Source: Parasphingorhabdus sp.
GTDB taxonomy: Bacteria > Pseudomonadota > Alphaproteobacteria > Sphingomonadales > Sphingomonadaceae
Direction: 5' to 3'
Assembly: GCF_036963805.1 (NCBI RefSeq)
Contig: NZ_JBALUN010000009.1
Location: 314 to 64,313, forward strand
DNA: 64,000 nt
Below the pieces are notes generated by a model, which was given only the letters and a program-made list of their open reading frames with translations, made no database searches and was not told where the DNA came from. This document shows positions 29,817-39,076 of this stretch, piece after piece. The position numbers and the translations under genes were made by a program. The first letter of the stretch is position 1, and each line of letters starts with the position of its first letter.

Positions 29817-30967
29817 CGGATGCAGCGAATAAAGAGCTTGAATCCCCGCCAGATGGCGGCAGCGATGATGTGAAAGCCGACCTCAGATCAAAACCGTTAT
29901 TGCGGCTTAGGCCCGAGCATATCCCGGTAACGCGGTTGTCGCGCAAGGCGTTGATTGCGCTTGGCGGCGGCTTTTCGATCATCATCGGCGCTGCGGCCAT
30001 ATTTGCCTTGCAGTCTGGTGAAGGCGGTATTGGCCCCGGTGAGCTTTTCGCCACGAACCAGAAGCCGTCTGCAGAAAGCTTGGCGGCACTACCGAAGGAT
30101 TATTCGGCCATTCCCAAATTAGGCCCGCCGCTGCCTGGTGATCTGGGCAAACCGATATTGGATGCAGGCGCGCAATATGAACTGCCGCCGCCTGAGTCAG
30201 CACCGCCGCCGGTTGATTCTGCGATTGCGGAACGCCAGCGGCAAAAAGATGCGGTTTTGGCGAGCCGGTTATTTACAGAAAGCAAGGAGGGTAATCAGCA
30301 GGCGGCGTCTGCGGCATCGCCATCTCTACCCGCTGTTGACACCAGTAGCGGTAATGCACGGGCAAACGAGCAGACTGTAAGCAATCATCGCCTGCAAAAG
30401 CCAGCCAGTCCATTCCTCATTCAATCAGGCTCGATCATCTCTGCAGCGTTGGTGACCGGCATCCGCTCCGACGTTCCGGGCCAGGTGACGGCTCAAATAA
30501 CACAGAATATCTTTGATAGTCTGACCGGAAATCTTTTGTTGATCCCGCAAGGCGCAAAACTGGTGGGCAGCTATAAAAGCAATGTCGGTTTTGGACAAAA
30601 CAGGCTCGCTATTGTCTGGACGCGGCTTTTGCTTCCCAACGGCAAATCGCTTATCCTCGATGAGCTATCTGCGAGCGATGCGCAGGGCTTTGCCGGATTG
30701 CAAGATGGGGTTGATCATCATTTTGACCGGCTTGCGCTGGCTGCTGGATTGTCGACGCTGCTTTCGGTGGGATCGCAAGCCGGGTCTGCCGGTGATAGTG
30801 ATATTGCGCGCGCCATAAGGGACGGCGTGTCTGACACCGCCGGGCGCACCGGCGAAGAAATTGTCGCGCGGCAATTGACGGTGCCGCCGACTATCACCAT
30901 CAAATCAGGCTTTCCTGTCCGCGTGATAGTCAGTCGCGACTTGGTTCTGGAACCCTATAGAGTTTGA
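29813..30967 (+). CDS. trbI: TrbI/VirB10
   Basis: LGPPLPGDLG; GSIISAALVTGIRSDVPG; PTITIKSGFPVRVIV. Confidence 0.95.
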   Translation: MTDAANKELESPPDGGSDDVKADLRSKPLLRLRPEHIPVTRLSRKALIALGGGFSIIIGAAAIFALQSGEGGIGPGELFATNQKPSAESLAALPKDYSAIPKLGPPLPGDLGKPILDAGAQYELPPPESAPPPVDSAIAERQRQKDAVLASRLFTESKEGNQQAASAASPSLPAVDTSSGNARANEQTVSNHRLQKPASPFLIQSGSIISAALVTGIRSDVPGQVTAQITQNIFDSLTGNLLLIPQGAKLVGSYKSNVGFGQNRLAIVWTRLLLPNGKSLILDELSASDAQGFAGLQDGVDHHFDRLALAAGLSTLLSVGSQAGSAGDSDIARAIRDGVSDTAGRTGEEIVARQLTVPPTITIKSGFPVRVIVSRDLVLEPYRV

Positions 30968-30977
30968 AGGAGCGTAT

Positions 30978-31202
30978 ATGGCTGATCTTCGCCTCAAGTC
31001 GCTGATTGATGACAAGCCGGTCAAGATGCAGGTCGAACTGCCCGCATCGGTGCATCGGGATCTTGAAGCTTATGCGGCAATCATGAGCGGCGAGGGCGGT
31101 GATGATATTGCTCCGCAGCGACTGGTTGGTCCGATGCTGGCCAAGTTTATGGCGAGCGACCGCGGGTTTAAGAAGGCTAAGCGGTTGAATAAGCCGGCTT
31201 AA
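30978..31202 (+). CDS. DUF2274 protein
   Basis: MADLRL...DDKPVK...LPASVHRDLEAYA...FMASDRGF. Confidence 0.9.
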   Translation: MADLRLKSLIDDKPVKMQVELPASVHRDLEAYAAIMSGEGGDDIAPQRLVGPMLAKFMASDRGFKKAKRLNKPA

Positions 31203-31293
31203 ATGCGCACACCGTACGCAATTGCATTGCAGTAAGATTTTATAAACCATTGGTTTTGCATCGAAATTGCTCCCCGACAAGGAGTAATTTCCG

Positions 31294-32535
31294 ATGTTCT
31301 CCAATGGCTATTCGCTACCACAAGATAATGCCCAAAACCATCTTCGAATCGTTTCGAAAAAGCGATCTGGTTCGCCACGAAAAACCTCCATCCGCCTCAA
31401 TGGTCATGTAGCGAGGCGAAAACCAAAAGCCCAGGAAACTGAATATTGGGACAAGGACCTGCCGGGCTTTGGATTGCGGGTTTTCCCATCGGGCCGCAAG
31501 ACATGGTTTGTCATGTTGCGCCAGCGCAAGAAGCAGCGAAGAATATCGCTTGGCCAGGTGGGTAAAGTCAGCGCAGATGAGGCACGGCGACATGCCAAAG
31601 CCGAACTCCTCAAGGTTGCGTTGGATGGTTTGTCCGCAAGTGGTTCGTCCAGTGCAGGCAAAAAGAAACAATCGCCCCTGATGCGCGACTATGCGCACCG
31701 CTTTTGGGCAGATTATGCCCGGCACTGGAAACCAAGCACCCAGAGTAGAAACAAGACCGCCATCTTTCGCGATATTTGTGATGCTTTTGGCGGCCATAGA
31801 GTCGATGAGCTTCGCAAGAGCGATATCCTGTTCTGGCGTGACGGATTTGCCGCCAAGCCTGGAGCATTCAACCGGACATTGCCGGTGCTTGCGGTGATGA
31901 TGACCTATGCTGAACAGCTTGGATTGCGCCCGAGAGGTTCAAACCCTTGCAAGGGAACACCGCGCTACAAGAAGACGCGCATGGAGCGCTTTCTGACCAA
32001 ACGCGAGTTTGGAAGACTGGCGTCAACTCTATTGGATTTTGAAAACACACGACCGGATGCAGTTAGCGCAATAAGGCTGCTGATCTTCACTGGCGCAAGG
32101 CGCGGTGAAATTGAAAACCTGCGATGGGAGTGGGTACAATCGCCAAGGCTGATGTTGCCCGACAGCAAGACAGGCGCGAAGATCATTTATCTCAACAAGC
32201 AGGCCCTTGCTGTCATCCACAGCATCCCAAATCCCAAAGCAAAAGGACTGGTCTTTCCAGCGCCCTATGCAGATGCACCAATCAACCTCGGAAACTTCTG
32301 GCCGAAAATAAGAAATCATGCAGCTTTGCCCGATGTGCGGCTGCATGATTTGCGGCATAGTTTTGCCTCGATAGCCATCGCCGATAATATCTCGCTGATG
32401 GTGATCGGCAAGCTGCTTGGTCATGCGCTCGCAGAAACCACAGCCCGCTATGCGCATCTTTCGGATGAAGTTGTTGCCGATGCTGCATCTCGTGTGTCCG
32501 GGTCTATTGCCAAATGTCTGGGGATGGCATCATGA
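31294..32535 (+). CDS. Tyrosine recombinase 1 with N-terminal arm-binding domain
   Basis: WDKDLPGFGLRV; FTGARRGEI, DSKTG, HDLRH, LGH, TARYAH. Confidence 0.95.
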   Translation: MFSNGYSLPQDNAQNHLRIVSKKRSGSPRKTSIRLNGHVARRKPKAQETEYWDKDLPGFGLRVFPSGRKTWFVMLRQRKKQRRISLGQVGKVSADEARRHAKAELLKVALDGLSASGSSSAGKKKQSPLMRDYAHRFWADYARHWKPSTQSRNKTAIFRDICDAFGGHRVDELRKSDILFWRDGFAAKPGAFNRTLPVLAVMMTYAEQLGLRPRGSNPCKGTPRYKKTRMERFLTKREFGRLASTLLDFENTRPDAVSAIRLLIFTGARRGEIENLRWEWVQSPRLMLPDSKTGAKIIYLNKQALAVIHSIPNPKAKGLVFPAPYADAPINLGNFWPKIRNHAALPDVRLHDLRHSFASIAIADNISLMVIGKLLGHALAETTARYAHLSDEVVADAASRVSGSIAKCLGMAS

Positions 32536-33746
32536 ATGCGCTAACACTCAGAGACATTGTCGCAGAAGAACTCGGCCACAGCTATATCAGTCTGACTGGC
32601 AATTGCCGGAAGAAGGGATGCCTTAGAAAAACCCGCTGGTCGCACAAGTTGCCGGGCTTTGGTGTTCGCGTCTATGACAGCGGGCGGAAGGTCTATATCG
32701 TCCAGGCGTTGATGCAGGGCAGAACCCGGACCGTAACCATCGGCAATGCCAAGATCGTCAATCGCCGTCAGGCGATGACCGTTGCACGGCGCGTGTTGAT
32801 CCGGGCGCAAAGCGGACAAAACCCTGCTGATGAACGAATGAAGAAACGCAAGGTGCCCTTGTTTGCAGACTTTCTCAAATCCTACTGGAAAACCATGTCT
32901 CCGAAGTGGAAGCCCTCAACCCGAAAGACCCAGACCAACTATCGAACAGCCTATCTCGACAATGCCTTTACCGGGAAATTTCTGGATGAGATTGTCGAAG
33001 AAGATGTGGTGTCATGGTTTAACTATGTCACCAATCGCGGCGGGCCGGGTGCTGGAAACCGCTGTCTTGATATCCTTCGCGCTATGCTGAACAAAGCCGA
33101 GGAATGGGGGCTGCGGGAAGAAGGCAGCAATCCTTGTACATTTGTCCGCATCAACAAGCGCCGTAAATTTGAAAGATTCCTGTCTGATCAGGAACTGGAG
33201 CGGCTCGGCAATGCGCTTGATGCAGCGCGGAAAACCTATCCGCTTCATTCGGTAATCATCTATCTGTTGATATTAACTGGTTGCCGCAAATCGGAAATTA
33301 CCGGTCTGCGATGGTCGGAAGTGAAGGGGAGGCGGTTGGTATTAACCGACAGCAAGACGGGACCGCGCACGGTCTGGCTCGGGGAAGAGGCGCATATGTT
33401 GCTAACTTGCCTTCCCAGACGAAAGGGTCATCCGGAAGTATTCTGGAATCCGAGAACCCGCAAACCTATCCGTAGCATGGGTTCGTTCTGGGTGAAGATT
33501 AAGGAGGATGCGAACCTTCCTGGCGTGAGGCTTCATGATCTGCGGCACAGTTTTGCAAGCCATGCCGCAGCGCGCTCGGAGACGCTGCCAATGATTGGAA
33601 AGCTCCTTGGTCACGCGCATATCACAACTACATCGCGATATGCGCATCTGGATGATGGGCAGGTCATCGAGGCATCGCAAAGGATCGGGGACTTGTTGGA
33701 AGAGGCGATGTGCGGGAAACGGACCGACATTGGTCATGAAAGATAA
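32532..33746 (+). CDS. Tyrosine recombinase 2, paralog of recombinase 1
   Basis: LPGFGVRV; LTGCRKSEI, DSKTG, HDLRH, LGH, TSRYAH; ATGA overlap with recombinase 1. Confidence 0.95.
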   Translation: MNALTLRDIVAEELGHSYISLTGNCRKKGCLRKTRWSHKLPGFGVRVYDSGRKVYIVQALMQGRTRTVTIGNAKIVNRRQAMTVARRVLIRAQSGQNPADERMKKRKVPLFADFLKSYWKTMSPKWKPSTRKTQTNYRTAYLDNAFTGKFLDEIVEEDVVSWFNYVTNRGGPGAGNRCLDILRAMLNKAEEWGLREEGSNPCTFVRINKRRKFERFLSDQELERLGNALDAARKTYPLHSVIIYLLILTGCRKSEITGLRWSEVKGRRLVLTDSKTGPRTVWLGEEAHMLLTCLPRRKGHPEVFWNPRTRKPIRSMGSFWVKIKEDANLPGVRLHDLRHSFASHAAARSETLPMIGKLLGHAHITTTSRYAHLDDGQVIEASQRIGDLLEEAMCGKRTDIGHER

Positions 33747-34489
33747 AAAATTTTGTAGAGCATCCATAGCCCCATACCGATCATCGTCAGGTTTTCGGTG
33801 AGTGACACAAAGCCAAGCGGAACATTGCTGTCACCGCCGACACAGGCGCATTTCAGTTCACGTTTCTGTACATAAACAGCGTAGATCACCGACACCGCGC
33901 CAATGGTTCCGATGAACAGAGCGACGGGAATGGCCAGCCACATTGCTATTCCCGCGATCATCAATATCCCGGCCAGCCCCTCTCCAAACGGGTAAAGATA
34001 GCCATATCGTACCCAGCGCTGACCAAGCAGGTCATAGTTGAGGAACATGGTCGAAAAACTCTCGATATCGCGCAGCTTCAGATAAGCCAGTCCGCACATC
34101 GAAAAGGCGACAAACCACTCTGCGGTAAGTATTGAAAGCCACTGCCCGGTCGCAACAAAGGCCGCAGCCAGCGCCATCAGGAACATCATTGCGAATAGCG
34201 CAACCACCGGCTGATAGCTGATGTCGTTCTCGGCTTCTTCTGGCCTGTCCTTGCCGAAAAATATCCGCAGATCGTCAAATCCGCCAATTCGTTCGTCGTC
34301 GATAAAGGTTTGTGGAGTCGTCTCGACGTTATGTTTTTCCTTGAATGTGTCGGTTTCTGCGCGTGTCTTGAGATGGTAGTCTTCGATCTCCAAACCTTTG
34401 CGTTCGAGCAGGTCCTTTGATTTCAGGCCATAAGGACAGACATGTTTTTCCATGACCATCCGGTAAAGCTTGGCTTTGTGTTTGGTCAT
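33734..34489 (-). CDS. Glutaredoxin fused to a MauE/DoxX membrane domain
   Basis: CPYG, TTPQTFI, IGGFDDL; LKCACVGG. Confidence 0.88.
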   Translation of the reverse strand: MTKHKAKLYRMVMEKHVCPYGLKSKDLLERKGLEIEDYHLKTRAETDTFKEKHNVETTPQTFIDDERIGGFDDLRIFFGKDRPEEAENDISYQPVVALFAMMFLMALAAAFVATGQWLSILTAEWFVAFSMCGLAYLKLRDIESFSTMFLNYDLLGQRWVRYGYLYPFGEGLAGILMIAGIAMWLAIPVALFIGTIGAVSVIYAVYVQKRELKCACVGGDSNVPLGFVSLTENLTMIGMGLWMLYKIFYLS

Positions 34490-34521
34490 TCATATTCCTC
34501 TACAGCTTTGCATGAAAGACT

Positions 34522-34546
34522 AACGTGTTTAGAAGGTGGAAGTTCC
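34522..34546 (-). promoter_or_regulatory. EcfG-type promoter (glutaredoxin/MauE gene)
   Basis: GGAAC-N16-CGTT exact. Confidence 0.8.
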
Positions 34547-34574
34547 TGATTAAAAAAACCGATGTGGAGCCAAG

Positions 34575-35195
34575 ATGGCACTAAAGCTTCAAGTTTCAGA
34601 ATTGATCGTTCCAAAATCCATTGAAACGACGCTCAAATCGGGCCGGAATATCTGTCTGCGTGCAATCCGAGCTGATGACGAAGAGAATATTGACGAGGGT
34701 ATCCGCGAACTATCCGATCAGTCGCGCTATTTGCGGTTCTTTTCCGGCTTCAAGGAGGCCCCGCCTTCGGTAGTAGAAAGACTTGCCGCCGCCGATGGGA
34801 GTGATCATATTGCATGGGGGATGATTGATATGGATCATCCGGATCAAAAGGCCTTTGCTGCAGCTCACGCGATCAGAGAGAGTAGCGATGATCGTTTCGG
34901 CGAATTTTCCATCGCGGTGCTCGATGAGTATCAAGCACAGGGTTCAGGAAGAATATTGATGACCACGGTCTTTCTGCGTTGTCTCATGGAAGATATAGAC
35001 ATGCTCGACATCCAAACCTTGCACGAAAATAAGAAAGCGAAGGCACTGGTGAAATCGGTCGGAGCGGAACTGGTAAAAACGGAGGGGTCAATCGCGTTCT
35101 ATTGTTTGAATATATCGTCCGCCTTGGCGTTACTATATGACAAGCACAATGCACCTGGAATCCAGTCTGTTTTTCAGGCCTTTGGAACCCGCTAG
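34575..35195 (+). CDS. GNAT-family acetyltransferase
   Basis: LSDQSRYLRFFS; EFSIAVLDEYQAQGSG. Confidence 0.85.
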   Translation: MALKLQVSELIVPKSIETTLKSGRNICLRAIRADDEENIDEGIRELSDQSRYLRFFSGFKEAPPSVVERLAAADGSDHIAWGMIDMDHPDQKAFAAAHAIRESSDDRFGEFSIAVLDEYQAQGSGRILMTTVFLRCLMEDIDMLDIQTLHENKKAKALVKSVGAELVKTEGSIAFYCLNISSALALLYDKHNAPGIQSVFQAFGTR

Positions 35196-35208
35196 CGTTT
35201 TAGGCGTT
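35184..35208 (+). promoter_or_regulatory. EcfG-type promoter (PLD gene)
   Basis: GGAAC-N16-CGTT exact. Confidence 0.8.
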
Positions 35209-35219
35209 GGGATCAGAGA

Positions 35220-36695
35220 GTGGCGAAAAGCGCCCTGAAAGAGGCCAATATCACAAGATTGCAACTAGAGCCGGGCCAGAATTGCTGGCGAGTAGAAGAG
35301 GCTCGGCAGGCCTCCGTCATTGTCGATGGAGAAGCTTATTTCCGGTATTTGCGTCACGCGATGGCGAAGGCAAAGCGGCGGATTATACTAGCGGGATGGG
35401 ATTTTGATACCCGCGTAGAAATGAACGATACCGAAAAGGATTTGCAGGGACCGCTGAAGGTTGGTGATTTTATCGACTGGCTGGTCGCGAGAAACCCCGA
35501 TCTCCAGATATACATATTGCGCTGGGATGTCGGGGCAATCAAATCTTTCGCGCGCGGTTCGATGTTCTTCAAGGTTCTAAAATGGCAGTTCCACCCCCGC
35601 ATCCATCTGAAACTCGATGGCCAGCATCCTACGGGTGCGGCCCAGCATCACAAGATCGTTGCGATTGATGATGACGTCGCTTTTTGCGGCGGCATAGACG
35701 TGACAGCTGGGCGATGGGACACGCGGACGCATGAACCCGGGCACCGCTACCGCAAACAGCCAAACGGCGAAGATCACAGTCCATGGCATGACGCATCGCT
35801 GGCGGTCCAGGGGCCTGTCGCAACGGCGCTCGCATCCTTCGCGCAGTCTCGCTGGCACAAGGCAGGCGGAAAGGATATGATTGAAGCCAACGGTTCGCAG
35901 GATTGCTGGCCGGACGATCTGAAGCCTGACTTTAAAGAGGTCGATATCGGTATTGCGCGCACGCAGCCGGAGATGGATGATCAGGAGGATGTCCGCGAGA
36001 TAGAGCAGCTTTATATCGACCTGATTCGATCCGCAAAGCGCATAATCTATGCTGAAAGCCAGTATTTTGCCTCGCGTCATATTGCGGCTGCCATCGCCGA
36101 GCGGCTGCAGGAACAGGATGGCCCAGAAATTGTTGTCCTCAACCCGATTTCATCGGAAGGGTGGCTGGAAGAACAGGTCATGGACACTGCCAGAGCGCGG
36201 ATTTTCGCAGCCTTGCAGAAGCGGGACAGGTTTAACCGGCTCCGTTTGTATCATCCGGTTAACGAGGCTGGCGAAGAAATATATGTCCATGCCAAAATCG
36301 TGATCATCGACGATCAGGTCATCAGGATCGGCTCTTCGAATATCAACAACCGGTCAATGGGGCTCGATACCGAGTGCGACCTGGTGATTGATGCTGGTGA
36401 CGATGATGAAGGCAGTGCCGCGCGCGAACAAATTTCTCGCATTCGGAACGGTTTGCTGGCCGAACATCTGGGTTCCAGCGAAAAGAACATTGCCGAGAAA
36501 TTTGAACAGACAGGCTCGCTGATGGAAACCATTCAGCTATCCCGGAAACCGGGCCGCACATTGCGTGATTACCAGGTGCCTAACTTAGACGACACCGAGA
36601 AATGGCTCGCCGACAACGAGATACTGGATCCGGAAAGCCCCGATGAGATGTTTGCGGGCATAACCAAGCGCGGCTGGTTCAAACGTTTGGGGTAA
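35220..36695 (+). CDS. Phospholipase D-family protein
   Basis: Two HKD motifs: HHKIVAIDD and HAKIVIIDD...GSSN. Confidence 0.93.
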   Translation: MAKSALKEANITRLQLEPGQNCWRVEEARQASVIVDGEAYFRYLRHAMAKAKRRIILAGWDFDTRVEMNDTEKDLQGPLKVGDFIDWLVARNPDLQIYILRWDVGAIKSFARGSMFFKVLKWQFHPRIHLKLDGQHPTGAAQHHKIVAIDDDVAFCGGIDVTAGRWDTRTHEPGHRYRKQPNGEDHSPWHDASLAVQGPVATALASFAQSRWHKAGGKDMIEANGSQDCWPDDLKPDFKEVDIGIARTQPEMDDQEDVREIEQLYIDLIRSAKRIIYAESQYFASRHIAAAIAERLQEQDGPEIVVLNPISSEGWLEEQVMDTARARIFAALQKRDRFNRLRLYHPVNEAGEEIYVHAKIVIIDDQVIRIGSSNINNRSMGLDTECDLVIDAGDDDEGSAAREQISRIRNGLLAEHLGSSEKNIAEKFEQTGSLMETIQLSRKPGRTLRDYQVPNLDDTEKWLADNEILDPESPDEMFAGITKRGWFKRLG

Positions 36696-36740
36696 TACGA
36701 CCTTTCCGATCACCGTATCAAACCGTCCGAATATTTTGAG

Positions 36741-36765
36741 GGAACCAGTTGTTGGGCTCTGCGTT
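36741..36765 (+). promoter_or_regulatory. EcfG-type promoter (microprotein-DUF421-DUF202 unit)
   Basis: GGAAC-N16-CGTT exact. Confidence 0.8.
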
Positions 36766-36791
36766 GGATCATCATGAAAAGGAAATCCGTC

Positions 36792-36881
36792 ATGCGCTAT
36801 TTTTGGAGGACTGCTGCGGCCGCAATCGTGTCCGTTGCCGTTCGAACCATCATCAAAAAACTATCAAGAAAAGAACGCTGA
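36792..36881 (+). CDS. 29-aa microprotein MRYFWRTAAAAIVSVAVRTIIKKLSRKER (not in ORF track)
   Basis: AAGGA RBS, EcfG-type promoter, similarity to 48003-48158. Confidence 0.7.
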   Translation: MRYFWRTAAAAIVSVAVRTIIKKLSRKER

Positions 36882-36968
36882 AGGCACTGACAGTGATAAG
36901 GCCAAGAGTGCCTGATTTCTTCAATTTTCCTCGCCTTTCGATATGTGTTGATGTGAAGGATATCGATA

Positions 36969-37520
36969 ATGCCATGGCTTAGCGCGCCGGTTACGAATGT
37001 CCTATGGATCGCCTTGTCGGCGATCCTTGTCTATGTAGTTCTAGTTGCTTTGACCCGATTGGCCGGGATCAGAAGTTTTTCCAAAATGAGTGGCTTTGAC
37101 TTTGCGATCACAGTTGCGATCGGCTCCGTCATTGCATCAGTGGTTATTGCAAAAGACCCGCCAGTCGCAAATGGTGCAGCGGCCCTCGTGATGTTGTTCG
37201 CTATCCAGATCGGATTTGCAGCATTGCGCAGCCGGTTTTCCGGCATAGAGGCTCTGGCTGACAACAAGCCGCGCCTCATCATGATCGGCAATGAAATTCA
37301 GTTTGATCAGCTCAAAAAATCGCAGATGACCGAAAGCGATCTGATGGCTAAGTTACGAGAAGCAAACGTTTTCAGCTTTTCTCAGGTTACAGCGGTCATC
37401 GCGGAAACGACTGGCGATGTTTCAGTTTTACATTCGTCGCAGGAAGATGCCAGGCTGCACCGGAAAATCACAACAGACGTGATTGGCGCCGACAGGCTTG
37501 GCAATGATCGCTTCGAATAG
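36969..37520 (+). CDS. DUF421/YetF membrane protein
   Basis: GIRSFSKMSGFDFAITVAIGS; AETTGDVSVL. Confidence 0.9.
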   Translation: MPWLSAPVTNVLWIALSAILVYVVLVALTRLAGIRSFSKMSGFDFAITVAIGSVIASVVIAKDPPVANGAAALVMLFAIQIGFAALRSRFSGIEALADNKPRLIMIGNEIQFDQLKKSQMTESDLMAKLREANVFSFSQVTAVIAETTGDVSVLHSSQEDARLHRKITTDVIGADRLGNDRFE

Positions 37521-37541
37521 TCTCGATTTTGGAATTTTTCG

Positions 37542-37976
37542 ATGAGTGACGGATCAAAGAACAATGAAGATCTTGCCGAAGACCGGACGGATCTTGCTGA
37601 TGATCGAACCGATTTGGCGGAGAAACGGACAGATTTCGCAGAAGACCGGACGGTTATGGCAAATGAACGAACCTTTGCCGGATGGATGCGAACAGGCTTG
37701 GCCGCTGTCGGAATCGGACTTGGTTTCAATGCCCTGTTTGGCGAGTTACAGCCCTTCTGGCTTCCACGCGGGATCGCTACTGCATTCATCCTGATCGGTG
37801 TTTTCATATTTTATGCGGCACAGAAAAACGGATGCGCGGTTCATGAAAGACTGGAATCGCATAGCTCCGAACCATTGCCCGGCGCAAATCTGCGTGCGAC
37901 CGCTATGGCAATGAGCACAGCCAGCCTTTTGCTTGTCTTCGGATTATGGTTGATGGAAGTGGAAAGCGGAGGATAG
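37542..37976 (+). CDS. DUF202/YidH membrane protein
   Basis: RTVMANERTFAGWMRTGLA. Confidence 0.9.
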   Translation: MSDGSKNNEDLAEDRTDLADDRTDLAEKRTDFAEDRTVMANERTFAGWMRTGLAAVGIGLGFNALFGELQPFWLPRGIATAFILIGVFIFYAAQKNGCAVHERLESHSSEPLPGANLRATAMAMSTASLLLVFGLWLMEVESGG

Positions 37977-38063
37977 GGCCTCGGTCAACCTCTTACGATA
38001 GCATAGCCCGCTGTTTCGCTGGCAAAACTACGGTCTTTCTTTTGATGGTCGTTGTGTTTGCGA

Positions 38064-38477
38064 TCAGGACAGTCTGAAGAGCACATCCACTTCTTCATGG
38101 TATTCTCCACCCGGCGCATCCGTGTTGCGCAGTATCTTCGCCTTTGGTCGAAAGCATGATCGGTTCTCCGCGATCCATCAAAGCAAGTCGTCGAGAGGAA
38201 TTCCAACCTCATCGCGCTGTACGCTAGAATAGCAATAAAAATGCAGGCCATCGATATCGATCAGTGCATAAGTTCCGGCGTGATCGCCTTCCTCTACCCG
38301 GATACTATTCTCGATTTCACCAACAGTATCACCGTTCAGATTGACCACTTCCTTGCCTTCAAAATGATTGTCAATTTCCTTAAGGGGAGGCGATTTTGAT
38401 GCCCACATCATCCAGCGCGCTGATGATGCGAATTCCGATATCCCGATGAAAGCGATGCCTTCTAATGTGTTTTTCAC
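38064..38477 (-). pseudogene. Hypothetical gene with a possible in-frame TGA at 38178-38180
   Basis: Reading frame stays open for 37 more codons past the stop (LLxWIAENRSCF...). Confidence 0.35.
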
Positions 38478-38607
38478 TTATAGCAGATTTTGTTGAAGTA
38501 CCCTAGTTCGCGGACTGAATCTCTCGATACGGAGGAGAAAAATCCAAAAAATATTTAGTTTGTATTGATAAATCTGGAACGAATGGGACGTTGCCGAGTA
38601 GTTTGTT

Positions 38608-38712
38608 TAGATGAGGTAGTACCCCCGAATAAATGCCCCATCTGAACTAGAAAGACCGGAAAATTTGCCGCACTCCTGACCTCCCGTCGTGCCTGCAAAT
38701 TTTCCGGTCTAA
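38608..38712 (+). ncRNA. Candidate EcfG-dependent sRNA with C-rich loops
   Basis: GGAAC-N17-GT upstream at 38576-38599; hairpin with ACCCCC loop; perfect 16-bp stem 38653-38668/38695-38710 enclosing GAC-CTCCC-GTC. Confidence 0.6.
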
Positions 38713-38730
38713 ATTTATGAAATTTGCAAT

Positions 38731-38760
38731 AAAAAAGGCCGGGTGCATTGCCCGGCCTTC
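38731..38760. terminator. Intrinsic terminator of the 38781-39008 gene
   Basis: AAGGCCGGG/CCCGGCCTT stem with an A6 tract. Confidence 0.8.
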
Positions 38761-38780
38761 CTGGATGCGGATCTGGAAAA

Positions 38781-39008
38781 CTATTCTTCGGACGGCATCT
38801 CTACGTCAACGTCCGGCACATCAACGGTCACTTCTTTTGTGCCAACTTCAACATCTGCAGTTTCAACATCAACTTCTGGCATCTCGCCAGCATCTGCAGA
38901 AACATCAACATCCATGGACGGCAATTCGCCTTCATCTGTCACTTCGGCTTCACATGCGGTCAGTGCCAGTCCGGCAATCACAGTTGCTGCAATAGAAATC
39001 TTTTTCAT
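38781..39008 (-). CDS. Small acidic lipoprotein
   Basis: LTAC lipobox; D/E/V-rich mature part. Confidence 0.8.
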   Translation of the reverse strand: MKKISIAATVIAGLALTACEAEVTDEGELPSMDVDVSADAGEMPEVDVETADVEVGTKEVTVDVPDVDVEMPSEE

Positions 39009-39039
39009 CTCGAACTCCCTTTCATTGGTTCAAGCGACC

Positions 39040-39064
39040 AACGATAGAAAAGGAGACCGGTTCC
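39040..39064 (-). promoter_or_regulatory. EcfG-type promoter (acidic lipoprotein)
   Basis: GGAAC-N16-CGTT exact. Confidence 0.8.
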
Positions 39065-39076
39065 AATATTTTTCGA

